From NCBI GenBank assembly GCA_038496445.1, contig JALMLS010000453.1, forward strand, positions 186,001 to 250,000: DNA of 64,000 nt, read 5' to 3'. A model generated the notes under the pieces. The model had not been told where the DNA came from and made no database searches. It saw only the letters and a list, made by a program, of their open reading frames with translations. Source of the DNA: Trichosphaerium sp. ATCC 40318 (lineage: Eukaryota > Protista > Tubulinea). The position numbers and the translations under genes are program-made. Position 1 is the first letter of the stretch; the number at the start of each line of letters is the position of its first letter. Shown piece after piece: positions 1 through 11,938 of the stretch.

Positions 1-360
1 TAAATCCTACTTTACGTACTCCTTACAACTTCAAGTACAACGCAGCGAAAATTGTCAAAATTCATCGAATTTTGATGGTACTCAATTTACGAAATCATCA
101 CATGAAGTCATTACTGGACAATTTACTGACACGAACGATTTACATCTGGTCACTGGGAAAACTATCAATATGATATGTTTACTTTTGAAGTTTCTGAAGG
201 AACGAGAATAAATGATGGTCTTCATTTACAATATCACGTGCACTGTGCGAAAAAAATGCGAAAATATGTAAAAGTAGTACGACAAATCCAATCATATGGT
301 ATTCGCCATGATAATGAAATTAAGTTTTACTATCAGAGTTTCAAACAAACAAACAAATAA
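1..360 (+). CDS. 3' end of an unidentified gene truncated by the window edge
   Basis: Open frame at 2-211 and ORF 175-360 ending in TAA; no recognisable domain. Confidence 0.3.
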
Positions 361-377
361 CTGCTTTGGTTTGTGAT

Positions 378-2886
378 ATGAGCGAGCCTGTTACGCTATC
401 TAAAGAGGACGAGCTTAGCTTGTTTCTCGAGAAATGTCAAATAAATAAGTCGTATGTACGTTCTACTAGGTTCACTAGTCACCATTACGCAATAGTGTTA
501 AAATAAGCGGTTAGGGAAAATTAAAAAGTGGTGATATCGTTGCTAGATTTCCAGAATGTCGCAATTTCCCTCGTTTAATATTCAAACAAGCAATTCCGTA
601 TGGTTGAAATTTTCTCGTACCGCAATACGCCATTTCCTTTAATTTACCTTCTAGCGTGAACTTACTTGTATCTCATGGTCATTTACGTGATCTAATACGA
701 TTTTCGTCAGACGACAAGTGGATTTACTTCCCAATAACAAATGGAGAGTTCAGATTATTGATTAAAATCAACAGGCTCAGTGGTGAGGTAATCAAGCCAT
801 CTTTGACAGCAATATATTTAATTTATCCAAAAAATCCCAACCTTCGCGACGTTGTCTTACGCCACATAGCTTGTTGTTGTACATGACTTGACATCTGATG
901 CTAATATTGGTTCTACTTCATTACACGCTATTGACGTCAACTATGGATACGTTGGTACTACGTAGTACAGAGTAGATACAGACTCACTATGTTTTTCAAA
1001 CATTTCAACTAAAAGTCGACTTGTTTGTAACTGCCGGCTGTTTCGTCTCACGTGCACTAGCGCTTATAACATCAAGGCGATTGGTGATACTCTCTGAAGA
1101 TAAGTCCGAGCACGTACCCTCATTTCTTTGTCCATCTTACTTATCGATAGAGTACTGTTCCATGAAGCTTTGGAGGGCGTGAATTCTCAAATAAACGGTG
1201 TCACGTTATGTAACACGGTAAAAAGGTTTTTATTTATGTTGCGGTTAATAGCGGTAATAGTAGTGTCTTAGGTATACCCACGTGTTCATTTAAAGGTTTT
1301 AAAACTCGTCTAGGGTATGAGATTTGTCCCAAAGAAGGAACAAATAAAATATCTCTTAGAAACATTCAAACCGTGGCATCACGTCATCAATCAGCTGCTA
1401 TATCATTTGGTAAGGTTTTAGATGTATTTGTATAGCATTATTTTGATCATTAAACTGACCTTTTGTGCGTTTAGGTGGTCCAAAGAATAGAAGTGTCGTA
1501 CGTTTGATGGGTTTTGGAGGGTGTATCTTTACTTGACTTAGAATATATGTCTAGACGGCTTTAAGCAGCCATGGATTGGTGAGCGCAAAGATGATGGTAC
1601 TTTAGTTGAAGATAAAGCAATGATGTTAGATTACACGGAGGTAAAACCTGTACGAAAGAAAAAAAAAGTTCTACAGTTTTCGTGTTTTTTTCAATTTCTG
1701 CTTTTTTGTTTTCCCTCCAATCCACTAGAATCTTGCGGTTTATTTCGCTGAAAAACTCAGTTCTTGTATTTCATGGTGGTAAAACTTTTAATGTTGTGTT
1801 TGATAGGATAGAGATATCAATTACTGGTCTATGATGTCATCATGGGACCCTACAGGAGATATGGTAGCAATTGGGTACGTAAATACTGTAAAAGAAAACG
1901 TGACAAGCTTTCTTTTTTTGAAACAAAAAAAACCTCACAAGTTTACCCGCCCTTCCCTTCTTACGTTTTTGTTTGCCAAATAGTTGCGAAAGTAGTGGTT
2001 ATCACGTGATAAGCAAAGCATTAAAAAAAATTATTCACACGTTGCCAAGCGGGCAAGTTCGCTGTTTAAAGTTTTCACCTAATCCAAACGTGCCGAGTAC
2101 GTTTATTTTATGTTCAATTTTTTGTTGAAACCAAAGTGTCGACATAATTGTACTCGTCAAATTGTCTTCCTCCTTAACCCTCGTAGTATTGGCATTACAA
2201 CACAATCAGTTGCGTATCGTAGAGACAGATAATTGGTCCTCTGTTAAACTTGACGGTGTAGTAAGCGAAGGACCGGGCGGCCACGCACGGAGGAGATTTA
2301 ATGTTAATTCTTTGACGTGGAATAGAGATGGAACAAAACTGTTAGTTGGTAAGCGAGATATCTCACTGTGTTTAATCTTTTTTCTTTTTTTTGTTCACTG
2401 CTTAGAAACACGTGTTATTGCTCATATTAAATATTTAACACGTGATAAACAAACCAGCATGTTTTTATTTATTTGTTAATGAACAGAAATATGCCATTTT
2501 AACTCTCGACTTTTTAGCGTTCTTGGGATGTATTGTTGAGTATAGCGTGCTTATAGGAGTACCCACATTGTGTGATATTTGCGTTACTTATGTAAGAAAG
2601 AATATAGAAGACGCTGAGAAGTATGGATGGCGGATGGATATTCTACCACCTGTACGAACAAAGAAAACACGCACTTTTTATTTGTTGTGATACAAAACGT
2701 TACTGTACTTTTACTGCACCCATATCATTTTTATTCTTATCCTGGTATTAGGATCTAGCTGAATCGTGTACATCCATAGTAAACAACAGTACTAACAGAG
2801 TGAGTTCAAAATCGTACAGACAGCCTGTTTTGTTCAAAACTTATTTAAAAAAAATTGTGAAATTCTGTTCCAATAAAAAGAACTGA
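378..2886 (+). CDS. Multi-exon beta-propeller (WD40-like) protein with C-terminal BC-box/SOCS-like box
   Basis: ATG at 378 (MSEPVTLSKEDELSLFLEKC). WD-like exons SSWDPTGDMVAIG and VNSLTWNRDGTKLLVG. C-terminal VPTLCDICVTYVRKN..MDILPP/DLAE matches BC-box plus cullin-box pattern. TGA at 2884-2886. Middle exons uncertain. Confidence 0.6.
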
Positions 2887-3279
2887 TCGTCAGATTGGTT
2901 TTATTCATGTCCAGATAAAAATAAGATATTCATGATAAATAAGATATTTTTATACATTGTGTCGGTTTTATTTCATAGTTATTATTTGTGTTTTTCGTGT
3001 AGTGTTACATTATGTACATATAAGTTTTTGTCCCAACGTTCAAAAAGATCGGAAGTTTAGTCCTGATGTTCGTTGTAGTATTCTCTTGTTTTACCCACCG
3101 TTTGTCCAGGCTCGGAATAACTCTAGCACGGCCCTTGCGCAAAGATGACGCACAAAATGAGCAGCCAATCATTTTTTTGCACTTTGAATTTTTACCGACG
3201 CAAGTCTAGCAGCATTTGATGTTGGCGCTTTGTACAAACTTATCAAGAATTGTTTGAGTCTAAGCTTTTATTTTCTAGT

Positions 3280-5231
3280 CTATTTATTGTTGTATTCCTT
3301 TCTTCGTGATGCTAACATATCTTCGATGCCCACTCTTGAATCTTCTACACCATATACATCGAGATATGCTGTTGCAAAAAAGCTGTCTTTTAGATGTGTA
3401 CAATAAACCATTAGACGATTACCATGTACACCACAACTAAATTGGGTAATACACGGAATATCTGGACAATAGAAATCAATTTGTTTCCATTTAAGTGTAT
3501 CTGTTCAGAAACAATGTTAGTTGTAAGAAAAAAATGAGAATTTTTTATGTGGTGGATCCATGGCTTGTTTTTCTGGTTTCTGGGCGTTTTTGCTTTTTTC
3601 AGTTATTAGAGGAGTAAACTTACCAAAGTTAAATCGATACAAATCTTTATATAGGTCTTTACTATTCCATCCACCAAGTATGTACCTGTTAAGGAAATCA
3701 AAAATGTCTCAATAACAAAAAATGTTTAACTATGCATATTTTTTACTTGTAATTGCGGTATCTTACCATTTACCGTCGTACATAAACGAACGCATACGGG
3801 ATCTTCCTGAAGGTGCTATACCGTTCATCTTTACTATTTTCCACATGTATTTTCCTACCACTACTTTAGTGACAAGAAACGCTCCAGAGTAATCCCAAAA
3901 AAACCCAACCTCTCAAGAATTATTTTTGTTTTTTTCTGTTTTTTCTTTTTCATCGAAAATACTCACCTGATTTACTCAGATCCATAGACCACATATCACC
4001 AAAATACTCTCTTGCATTAGTACCACCGAACAAGAATATTTTATCTTTTCTAACAACCATACAGCTCCCTGTACAATGTAAGCTTTTTGAACACTTACCA
4101 TGGTGGAAATGTTTTTCTTCATTTTTTGGTAGCCGTACCACAACGTTGGCAAGGAGTTATTCCTTCAGGTGTTATAGATGTAAATGTGTTTGATTCAAAA
4201 TCATATAAACTAAGATCAGAAAAGAATTGTGGACCGTGTCCGTTCCATCCACCAAAAATAAACATTTTATCATTATAAAGAGCTGCTGCGTATGCGGATC
4301 TTGGAGAGGGAACGTCTCCTTTTGCAGTTTTAACGGATATACCATGTGTAGGAGAATCCAAATCAATCACTGATATATGATCGAGGTAGCTCAAGGATGA
4401 AATGCCGCCAAAAGACCACATTTTACCCTATGTGAAAAAAATAAGAAAACTCCGCCGGTTTAAGTCACTTCGTACCTGATAGACAATAGGTGTATTCTCT
4501 GCTACAATTATCCTTGGATGAATATGTATTATGTGCGTTTCCCATTCACACTGAGGTCTTAATAATCGCCACTCATTTTTCTCTAGACAGTGATTAGTTT
4601 GTAAGTTCAAAAAAAAAAAAACCCCATGAGAAATTGTTCATCAAAATATCACAATATCAATCTTACCGATAGAGTATTTGTACAAGTCACTATGCGTGCT
4701 ACCAATACGGGTCTCACTAGCCAATTTTGTACCTCCATATAAATAAAAACAACCTTTGTAAACCACTAGAAAGAGTAAGAAGATATTTGAAAAAAATGAC
4801 TAAGGCACAATACTATCCGTTTAAGTTGCGGCTTAAAAAAAACTGTATTCAGGTGCTGGTAAATAAAATAATACCTCCTGCCGCGTTTACAAGTTCCCTT
4901 GGGAAGTTCTTTGGCGTTTTACGCTGACTAAATACAGTTCGCGCCTTTTCTCCAATTGTACTATCTAAACAGAACGATACGCTCTTACGCTTCCATATAA
5001 ACGGTGTAGTAAACATTTCATACAACTTCTTGTTTACACGCAGAAGTCTCACCATAGACTTGATATCAAGTATCCTTAGCATTGTTTAATAAGAATTTTG
5101 TACCCGTACTCTTAATTTACGTACTTTAAAATTTTATGCTGCAATTCATCAGGTACATCCTATAGCTACAATAAACGAACTGACAATGTAATGAAATATC
5201 GTACAGAAAACCCGGAAAGCGATGCCTCCAT
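3280..5231 (-). CDS. F-box + Kelch-repeat protein
   Basis: Spliced MEASLSGFS/DVPDELQHKILK/..LDIKSMVRLLRVNKKLYEMFTTPFIWK (F-box). Kelch blades PSPRSAYAAALYNDKMFIFGGWNG..FFSDL, DKIFLFGGTN..YFGDMW, YILGGWNSKDLYKDLYRF. Confidence 0.85.
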
Positions 5232-5939
5232 AATGCCTAAAACGAATACAATACTTTCTTTTTTTAGAAATAGATTGACTCTTAACACAACATTTCATGT
5301 GCTCATTGTCTACAAAGCAATAGCCCCTTTGGGGTGTTTGTCGAGCAATGTAGCCTAACGTTTTTCATTATGCGCGTACTGGAATTCGTACTGCACTTAA
5401 CACAAAATGATATGTTTGCGTTCTTCTCATTTTATTCTTGGTTTGTACATAATTCTCATGTTCTATTTCTATACAATACTAAATGAAGGGTGCCAAGCCT
5501 AGTTGCAATCATGCTTCGAAGAATTGTACTTTTGCACAACATCTCTTTACACGGCTTTGAGGCTAATAGTTGTATAAAGTTGAAAGTACACGGAAACATG
5601 GTTTGAGAAAGTGCCAGTACCTATTAGTAGTTGTACAATACAAGATTGTAGGGACTCTTTTCAATTTAAGCTGCGGCTTGGCCTGCCAATAGTGAAATAT
5701 TTCAAATATTTGTCCTGTGGTGGAAGCAAATGGAGGAAAAGTCAACCGTGGTATCAAATGTTGGACACAAAACTTAAAAAAACCAGTCTCACTCGTTAAA
5801 CAGATCGTCTAAACATAACTTGTTGTGATATAGTTCTACATGATGAGCCAAAGGTAAGCCTACAGATTGAAGTTAAACCCACTATTTTATTCCTACAAGA
5901 CTTCTGACGAAAACGGTTGAGTACATTCTAAAAGCTATA

Positions 5940-6440
5940 TTAAACTGTTTTCTTGTCTCTTCTCGTTCTGAGTCTAGACTGTATTGCTAGTACTTCAACC
6001 TTCAGTTTACCAACTTTATACCATTCTTTGTACTCTCCAGCAAGAACGCCATCAATGTAGTTACACTTCTTCTTTAGTTTACCATTCTCGTACCACTCCT
6101 TGAACTCTCCATGTAAATTTCCTTGGACGTAATAGCACTCCTGAATAAGTATACCATTTCGAAGCCATTTTTTGAACACTCCACTAGGTTGGCCATGTAT
6201 CCAGTACTCTTGTTGTAATATTCGTGTAACTCTATTGCGATAACTGCATCTCAACCATTTGCCATGTTTTTTCAAGTCAGCATCAAATCTAGTGGTCATT
6301 GCTGTGTGCTTTGAAAGAAGAGGCCAGGTTAAATGTAGTTTGTTATCCAAGTCGAAAATACAAAGGTGTAGCTCAAAAGGAAGACGTAATAGGTGGGGAA
6401 GATATGGTATTGATGATTTATCTGTTTGGTTTGTCATCAT
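5940..6440 (-). CDS. F-box + MORN-variant (MORN_2/YwqK-type) repeat protein, paralog 1
   Basis: LLRLPFELHLCIFDLD..WPLLSK..TTRFDADLKKHGKW followed by about 24-aa repeats such as GNLHGEFKEWYENGKLK. Confidence 0.8.
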   Translation of the reverse strand: MMTNQTDKSSIPYLPHLLRLPFELHLCIFDLDNKLHLTWPLLSKHTAMTTRFDADLKKHGKWLRCSYRNRVTRILQQEYWIHGQPSGVFKKWLRNGILIQECYYVQGNLHGEFKEWYENGKLKKKCNYIDGVLAGEYKEWYKVGKLKVEVLAIQSRLRTRRDKKTV

Positions 6441-6760
6441 TAGATGTGGTGCCTTTTTGTTTAGTATCAAATTGATTAGAGCTTCGTTTGACTACAAAAT
6501 AGGCTGTCTTCTGTAAAAATATTGCGCAAAAAGCCTGTGAGTAGCGCATTTTCTTCGAAGGAGAACGTGTGACAAAGGGTACGCAATAATGTAAACCCCA
6601 TTGACAGCTTGTTTTAATGACAATTGTATCACGTGCACAATAAGTCAAGGTACTTTAAGTCGAGCATAACTTTGCACCTAAAAAGTCTGCAAAATGCAAC
6701 AAAAGTGTCTGAGCGTATTAAATACTGTACAATAGCACACAATAGACCTGGATCGAAAAC

Positions 6761-7072
6761 ATGACTACTATTGGAGTACCATTTAATCGAGTCAAAAACA
6801 TGCCAGATGACTGCTACTTCAACGATCTAATATTAATGAAGCAAACTTGCCCTCTGTTATTACTTGACTTTCTTCAACGTCTCCCTGACGCAGCGTCAGG
6901 ATTTTTATTGTTGGTGTGGTAAATGATTATGGCAGCATATTACTTACTGTTTCTCTTTCGTTACAAACTAAAATTGTTTTTTTTTTGAAATTGTTAGAAC
7001 CTATCTTTTCTCAATCCTACTACTAATTCGCAATTCTCTAGACAAGGATTGGGAGGAAGACATCAATGTCTA
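6761..7072 (+). CDS. Possible small spliced hypothetical protein
   Basis: ATG at 6761 (MTTIGVPFNRVKNMPDDCYFNDLILMKQ..), a T-rich intron-like stretch, then a short terminal exon; no homology recognised. Confidence 0.25.
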
Positions 7073-7895
7073 GTGACCCTAAAGCAACCGTTTATGTTGT
7101 TTTTACTAGCCAAAACAGCATACAAGTTACATTTGTTTATATAATAAAAGGTTGTCCATTCCAAATTTTTGTTTTTCGATAAGTTTAGATTGGACTTGAA
7201 ATGGGGGAAGTGGGTTTTGTTCTTGTTCGTCGCTTGTCATTGTTAATCAAGTTGCTACTTTGCTGTTATGTTTGGTATGCCAATAGAGTAGAGTCGGGTT
7301 GTTCCACCCTGTTCAAACACGTGAAATAATCTATATTCATTCATAAAGTACATCTTAGGTGCCCGAACTGATCACTGTAACCTTTTTATCAGAATGGTTA
7401 ACGCAACGTGATATCTAGTAAGTACAACTGACTAGTCTTTGAGCTTAGGCATCTTGAATAAAAAGGCTCATTTAATAAAGGCAGAGTTTAATCAAAATAC
7501 AGCTTTTTTTTTTGTGCAGTCCAACAACCCAAAGTACTTTTGTGTGCTTTGCTCACATGAACGACTTCAAAAACCACAACCAAATCAGTGTAATGATAAA
7601 CAGGTTGTAAATTTTACCTTCGCAGATTTTCACGCCTAGGCATTGGCCTTTTAAAAGAAAAAGTTTAGAACTCAGGTTTTTGAAAACTAGATTTTTTTTG
7701 CAGGTTTGTAGTAAGTTCTAAACTCTCACGTTATTTACTTCCTGAAGCAATAATATACCTCCTGGGACGGTACAATCATATCATAAAGGCCCGAATCCTA
7801 AACATACGAGAAGAATACGTCAGCAATTAAATGAATACAAGTCCATCAACCCGAACAAATAATAGACACAGTTTCTACAAACCGCAACGCACAAC

Positions 7896-8543
7896 ATGTC
7901 CACAACCTCTCTAATACTTCTCTCAATAATATTTGCTGTAGTATTTCAATCAACAGCTCAAAATCCGCAACCACAGCGAGCGCTGACGATCTTTGTAAGC
8001 TTGACGTCGCCCACAGCAACAGAATCAAACTGGCAAAGACTCATGAACAGTATCGCTCAAAAAATTGATAAAGAAGCGGAATACGGAACGCTTATTTCTC
8101 TAAACATCGTTTGTGATACGATAAACAGAGAAGGAAGCTTTCAAAATGAAGAATACAACGAACTTACAAAGCCAGCCATTCTTGCCCACTTTGCCAATGC
8201 TCGTTATGTAGGCTGTGGTATGGATCTTGAAATTGAAGGTGCACTTGAGTACACTTTACAGAACTCCCCTCCTGGTGTAGATCATGTTTTAGCTATCATA
8301 AGTGGTGTTTTCAACGAGCCTCATGATGTTCATCATCTCGCTCCAGCTGTTCATGCACATGGGATAAGGGTTGTTGTTATTGGTGTAGGAGATGGGCTCA
8401 AGTGGCAGAATGGTAACCCAAAAGGATGTGTTTGTCAAGACAAAGTATTGGGATGCTTGATGTTAAATCCAGTAACAGATTTCAGTTGCGAAAGAGGCTA
8501 TAGAATAGCAACAAAATCAGGTAACACCTGGTGGTGGTATTAA
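7896..8543 (+). CDS. Secreted protein with degenerate von Willebrand A-like fold
   Basis: 215-aa ORF with hydrophobic signal peptide. VLAIISG..AVHAHGIRVVVIGVG resembles the vWA C-terminal strands; no DxSxS MIDAS. Confidence 0.55.
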   Translation: MSTTSLILLSIIFAVVFQSTAQNPQPQRALTIFVSLTSPTATESNWQRLMNSIAQKIDKEAEYGTLISLNIVCDTINREGSFQNEEYNELTKPAILAHFANARYVGCGMDLEIEGALEYTLQNSPPGVDHVLAIISGVFNEPHDVHHLAPAVHAHGIRVVVIGVGDGLKWQNGNPKGCVCQDKVLGCLMLNPVTDFSCERGYRIATKSGNTWWWY

Positions 8544-9275
8544 TAACATTGGAAACTTCTGTAGAATTAAAAAAAAAACAAGTTTATTTGTATCGGTTTA
8601 ATCAATTCTTGAACGTTAGAAGTATGGTTTGTTTTGATGATTACAACGCAAATATTGTAACTACCTCAGTACCGTGTGGTTTTTCTACTAGTATCACACT
8701 CACTTTACTAATATACCTTCGCTGTATCAATGATAGCATTACATAGAGGGAGTAGTTTTGGCAATTTTCTCATTTGTTACGTACACGGACCAATACAGTA
8801 AGAAGGCACAAACCAATCGATTTTAATTGGGCAGTGTCAAAGTTATCAAAGAAAAGCAAAAAGTAGACTAAATGTTATGCTCGTGTAACACGCAAATAAC
8901 AGTATCGTATCTGATTGTTGGAAATAATCTGATCACGTGTTGTTTCAAAACACTCTTACACAATTTTCTTGAGTACATCATATTCATTGTGAGATGCCTA
9001 TAGCCGTTGTTCTCCTCTAGATTGTTGATTTTTACAATGACTTAAGCTTATTGCACTAACTGTACAGATTGATTTTTTGTTATTCATTCGCAAAATGATA
9101 CAATCACTCATGGCAGAAGAATATACTAAAAATGTGCGTTGTTTCAAAGTTCAGCAAAGAATATTAGTTGCTGATTGAAAACTGTTCATAAAAAAAAAAG
9201 TTAATCAGTCAACCAATCAATCATTTTACTCATTTATTTCGGGAAACAACACAAGCAACAATACGTCTTTAAGCG

Positions 9276-10080
9276 ATGGAATACTATACACAAGTATCAT
9301 ATCATGAGGAACAAGAAACCACGACATCCAATTATGAAGAGCTTTTGAGTTACTACTCTGAAAAGGTATTTCGTGATATCCCAGGAAATGCTAATTACAC
9401 ATCTATGAGTACGTTGCCTAGTAATTCAATCTTTATCCAGATTGTAATACTCGTATTGATAGGTTCAGAGGACTACTATATATGCTTTTTAACAATGAAA
9501 GTGATAGTCCACTTTTTTAGAGAGGAACTCGAGAGAAAAAAAAATAACGTTCAAGAGAAGCGTATGTTTCATAACCCACTTTTTGTTTTCAATCAATCAA
9601 AATATTTCAAGCTGATTTTTTCTTGTAGCTCACGGATACCAGATACATCACATGTGCGCACATATAGGCATCTTCGACAAAGTTGTAAGGCATGTGAAGG
9701 ATCTAGAAAAAGCAATATCACAGAATGGGGGAAAAGCGTGTAGCTTCTCTGTTCGTGACAATATCAGACATTACACCCGAAATAGATGGCACTACCTCCG
9801 TGAATCTTACAGATGCAGTTTTGGACCTGATACTGTACCTCTCTTGTTTACAGCAGATCAATTTATTGCTGTAGCCGGATTGCTCCCTGCAAGAACTTGG
9901 TACAAGATATTATGTGATATTACAGTGGAGAATAAGTACAGCATTGGCTACTTTGTGCCAATGGCATGCGAAGATATCAGCGCTAATAAAGAACCAAATA
10001 AGACCATCCTCCATCTGCGATCTAAGGCCTTTGCACATCATAACTTGAAATATAGCTCAGCCAAGACTGAGAACATGTAG
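9276..10080 (+). CDS. Hypothetical protein (3 exons)
   Basis: ORFs 9276-9743 and 9652-10080 join through two short GT-AG introns. Confidence 0.6.
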
Positions 10081-10788
10081 TTATTTCAATATGACATGAC
10101 AAGAATGTACAAGTTTATGTTTTGTAACAATAAAAACCAAGGCAATAAGAGAGTCGTTGTTGGTGTACTGTCACAGATCTGTCTATTCTGTTCAAAAGTC
10201 TAACCTGTAAGTCATATATCAGGAAACCATTAGTAATCTGACATCAGTTTGTTAGCTAGTAGCTACTCGAATTATGAGAGTGGAGCAAGCAAATTGTGCA
10301 AGCAGTGATCACTAATTGGCGAGAAAGAATGGGTATAGCCATGTGATCCGCCATGCCTTTACATAGGAAATATTTGAGTATGGGCTTCAACTAAGGCCTG
10401 TACTCCTTGCAGATTGAGCTAGTATACACGTCAACTGTCTTGTGGCTTTTTGGGTAGCATCAAATTTAACGAAATTTCATCAGCTGGTACAATTTTCCGT
10501 AAAAAGGTCTTAGAAGGTCAGCGTCCACAGAATTCGTTTGTTGATGTTGTACGTGTTGGGTGATGTCCAAGTTTGCTAGTAAGGTATGTACTTGCCGTAA
10601 TTTACATAAACAGCCTCAAACAACCCTTTTTGCTGTAAATTTTGAACGTATACGCAATTTAGGCGTACTCTCGTGCTTAAAAAGTCGTTTTGAAAGCTTA
10701 TAGCTTCGAATTCATTTATTTAATGTCTCACGACTTTTTACTTGTGCTTTCAGCCAAAACTAAGTTTGAACTCATTCATGTTTAGCAA

Positions 10789-11568
10789 ATGAATAAAAGA
10801 ACGATTACAAACGCATGCTCCCTTACATTGCTCTCACTTCCTTGTGAACTTCAACAGTACATAAGCACTTTTGATGTTGAGGCATTCACAAAGTTCCACA
10901 CTCTTTCAAAAAGAGCAGCAGTCAATACACACTTCGATGAAGGATTAAAGAGGAAAGGAAAATGGATAAGATGGTACAAAAGTGGAAAAGTAAAAGGTCA
11001 TATCTATACAACAGGACTATCTAGAATTTGGTATGAGAGTGGAAACCTAAGGGCACAATATATGAATGTTGAAGGTAAGGTGAATGGCGAGTTCAAGTGT
11101 TGGTATGAGAATGGAAATCTTAAGGAACAAACTTATTGGGGTAATGGTAAACAAAATGGTGAAACAAAGAAATGGTTTGAGGGTGGACAACTTGATGTAC
11201 AGGCCATGATGATTGATGGTGAGCAAAATGGTGTACAAAAAGAGTGGTACAAAAACGGACAGCTTAAGGAACAGAGCATGTGGGTTGATGGTAAGATACA
11301 TGGTGAACTCAAAAGATGGTATGAAAATGGACAACTCATGCAACAAAGCATGTGGGTAGATAACAAAAAAACCGGTGAATCTAAAGAGTGGTATGAAGGT
11401 GGACAACTTAAGAGACAGAGCATGTGGGTTGATAATAAAATACATGGTGAATATAAAAGATGGTTTAAAAATGGGCAACTTATGGAACTCAGTATGTGGG
11501 TTAATGGTAAACAAGATGGTGTACACACGGTATGGTTTGAAAATGGACAAATACTCAAATTAGCCTGA
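10789..11568 (+). CDS. F-box + MORN-variant repeat protein, paralog 2 (intronless)
   Basis: LLSLPCELQQYISTFD..LSKRAAVNTHFDEGLKRKGKW followed by about seven 24-aa repeats W[YF]ENGQL.EQSMWVDGK..GE.K. Confidence 0.9.
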   Translation: MNKRTITNACSLTLLSLPCELQQYISTFDVEAFTKFHTLSKRAAVNTHFDEGLKRKGKWIRWYKSGKVKGHIYTTGLSRIWYESGNLRAQYMNVEGKVNGEFKCWYENGNLKEQTYWGNGKQNGETKKWFEGGQLDVQAMMIDGEQNGVQKEWYKNGQLKEQSMWVDGKIHGELKRWYENGQLMQQSMWVDNKKTGESKEWYEGGQLKRQSMWVDNKIHGEYKRWFKNGQLMELSMWVNGKQDGVHTVWFENGQILKLA

Positions 11569-11596
11569 CAATAGTTAGCTTACAACCCTGCTGATA

Positions 11597-11674
11597 ATAA
11601 ATGTTGTAGTTGAAGTCAACATGCCAAAAAGAGTGCTGTATTACATTTAACAATAAATGTTGTAGCTGAAGTCA
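11597..11674 (+). repeat. Direct repeat of about 22 bp duplicating an AATAAA signal
   Basis: AATAAATGTTGTAGTTGAAGTCA and AATAAATGTTGTAGCTGAAGTCA, in the 3' flank of the MORN gene. Confidence 0.7.
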
Positions 11675-11938
11675 TTTTTGTTCTATTTAAAAGAACTGTG
11701 TCCGTTGTTTGCGCAAGTGAAATACCAAGAAAACGCTAGGTAAAGCCAAAACATCACGTGACTTGCTTCTTTTTTGTAGCTTTTAATTAGTATTGTAGAT
11801 GTTGACCGAAAATTATTTTACAGTTCGTGCACGTGGTAATACTTTTTGTGAACTTTGCAGCCTCAACAGACTTGTCTTGACTTTGGTATTACTAATACCT
11901 TATGTTGTAACCAAATAGCTCTAGAAGGATAAGATTTA

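Noticed and set aside
11047-11558. Antisense ORFs of 167 and 141 aa, and similar ones at 16598, 34508, 42937 and 28649
   Set aside because: Shadow frames of repetitive MORN, LRR, polyproline or RD coding sequence on the other strand.
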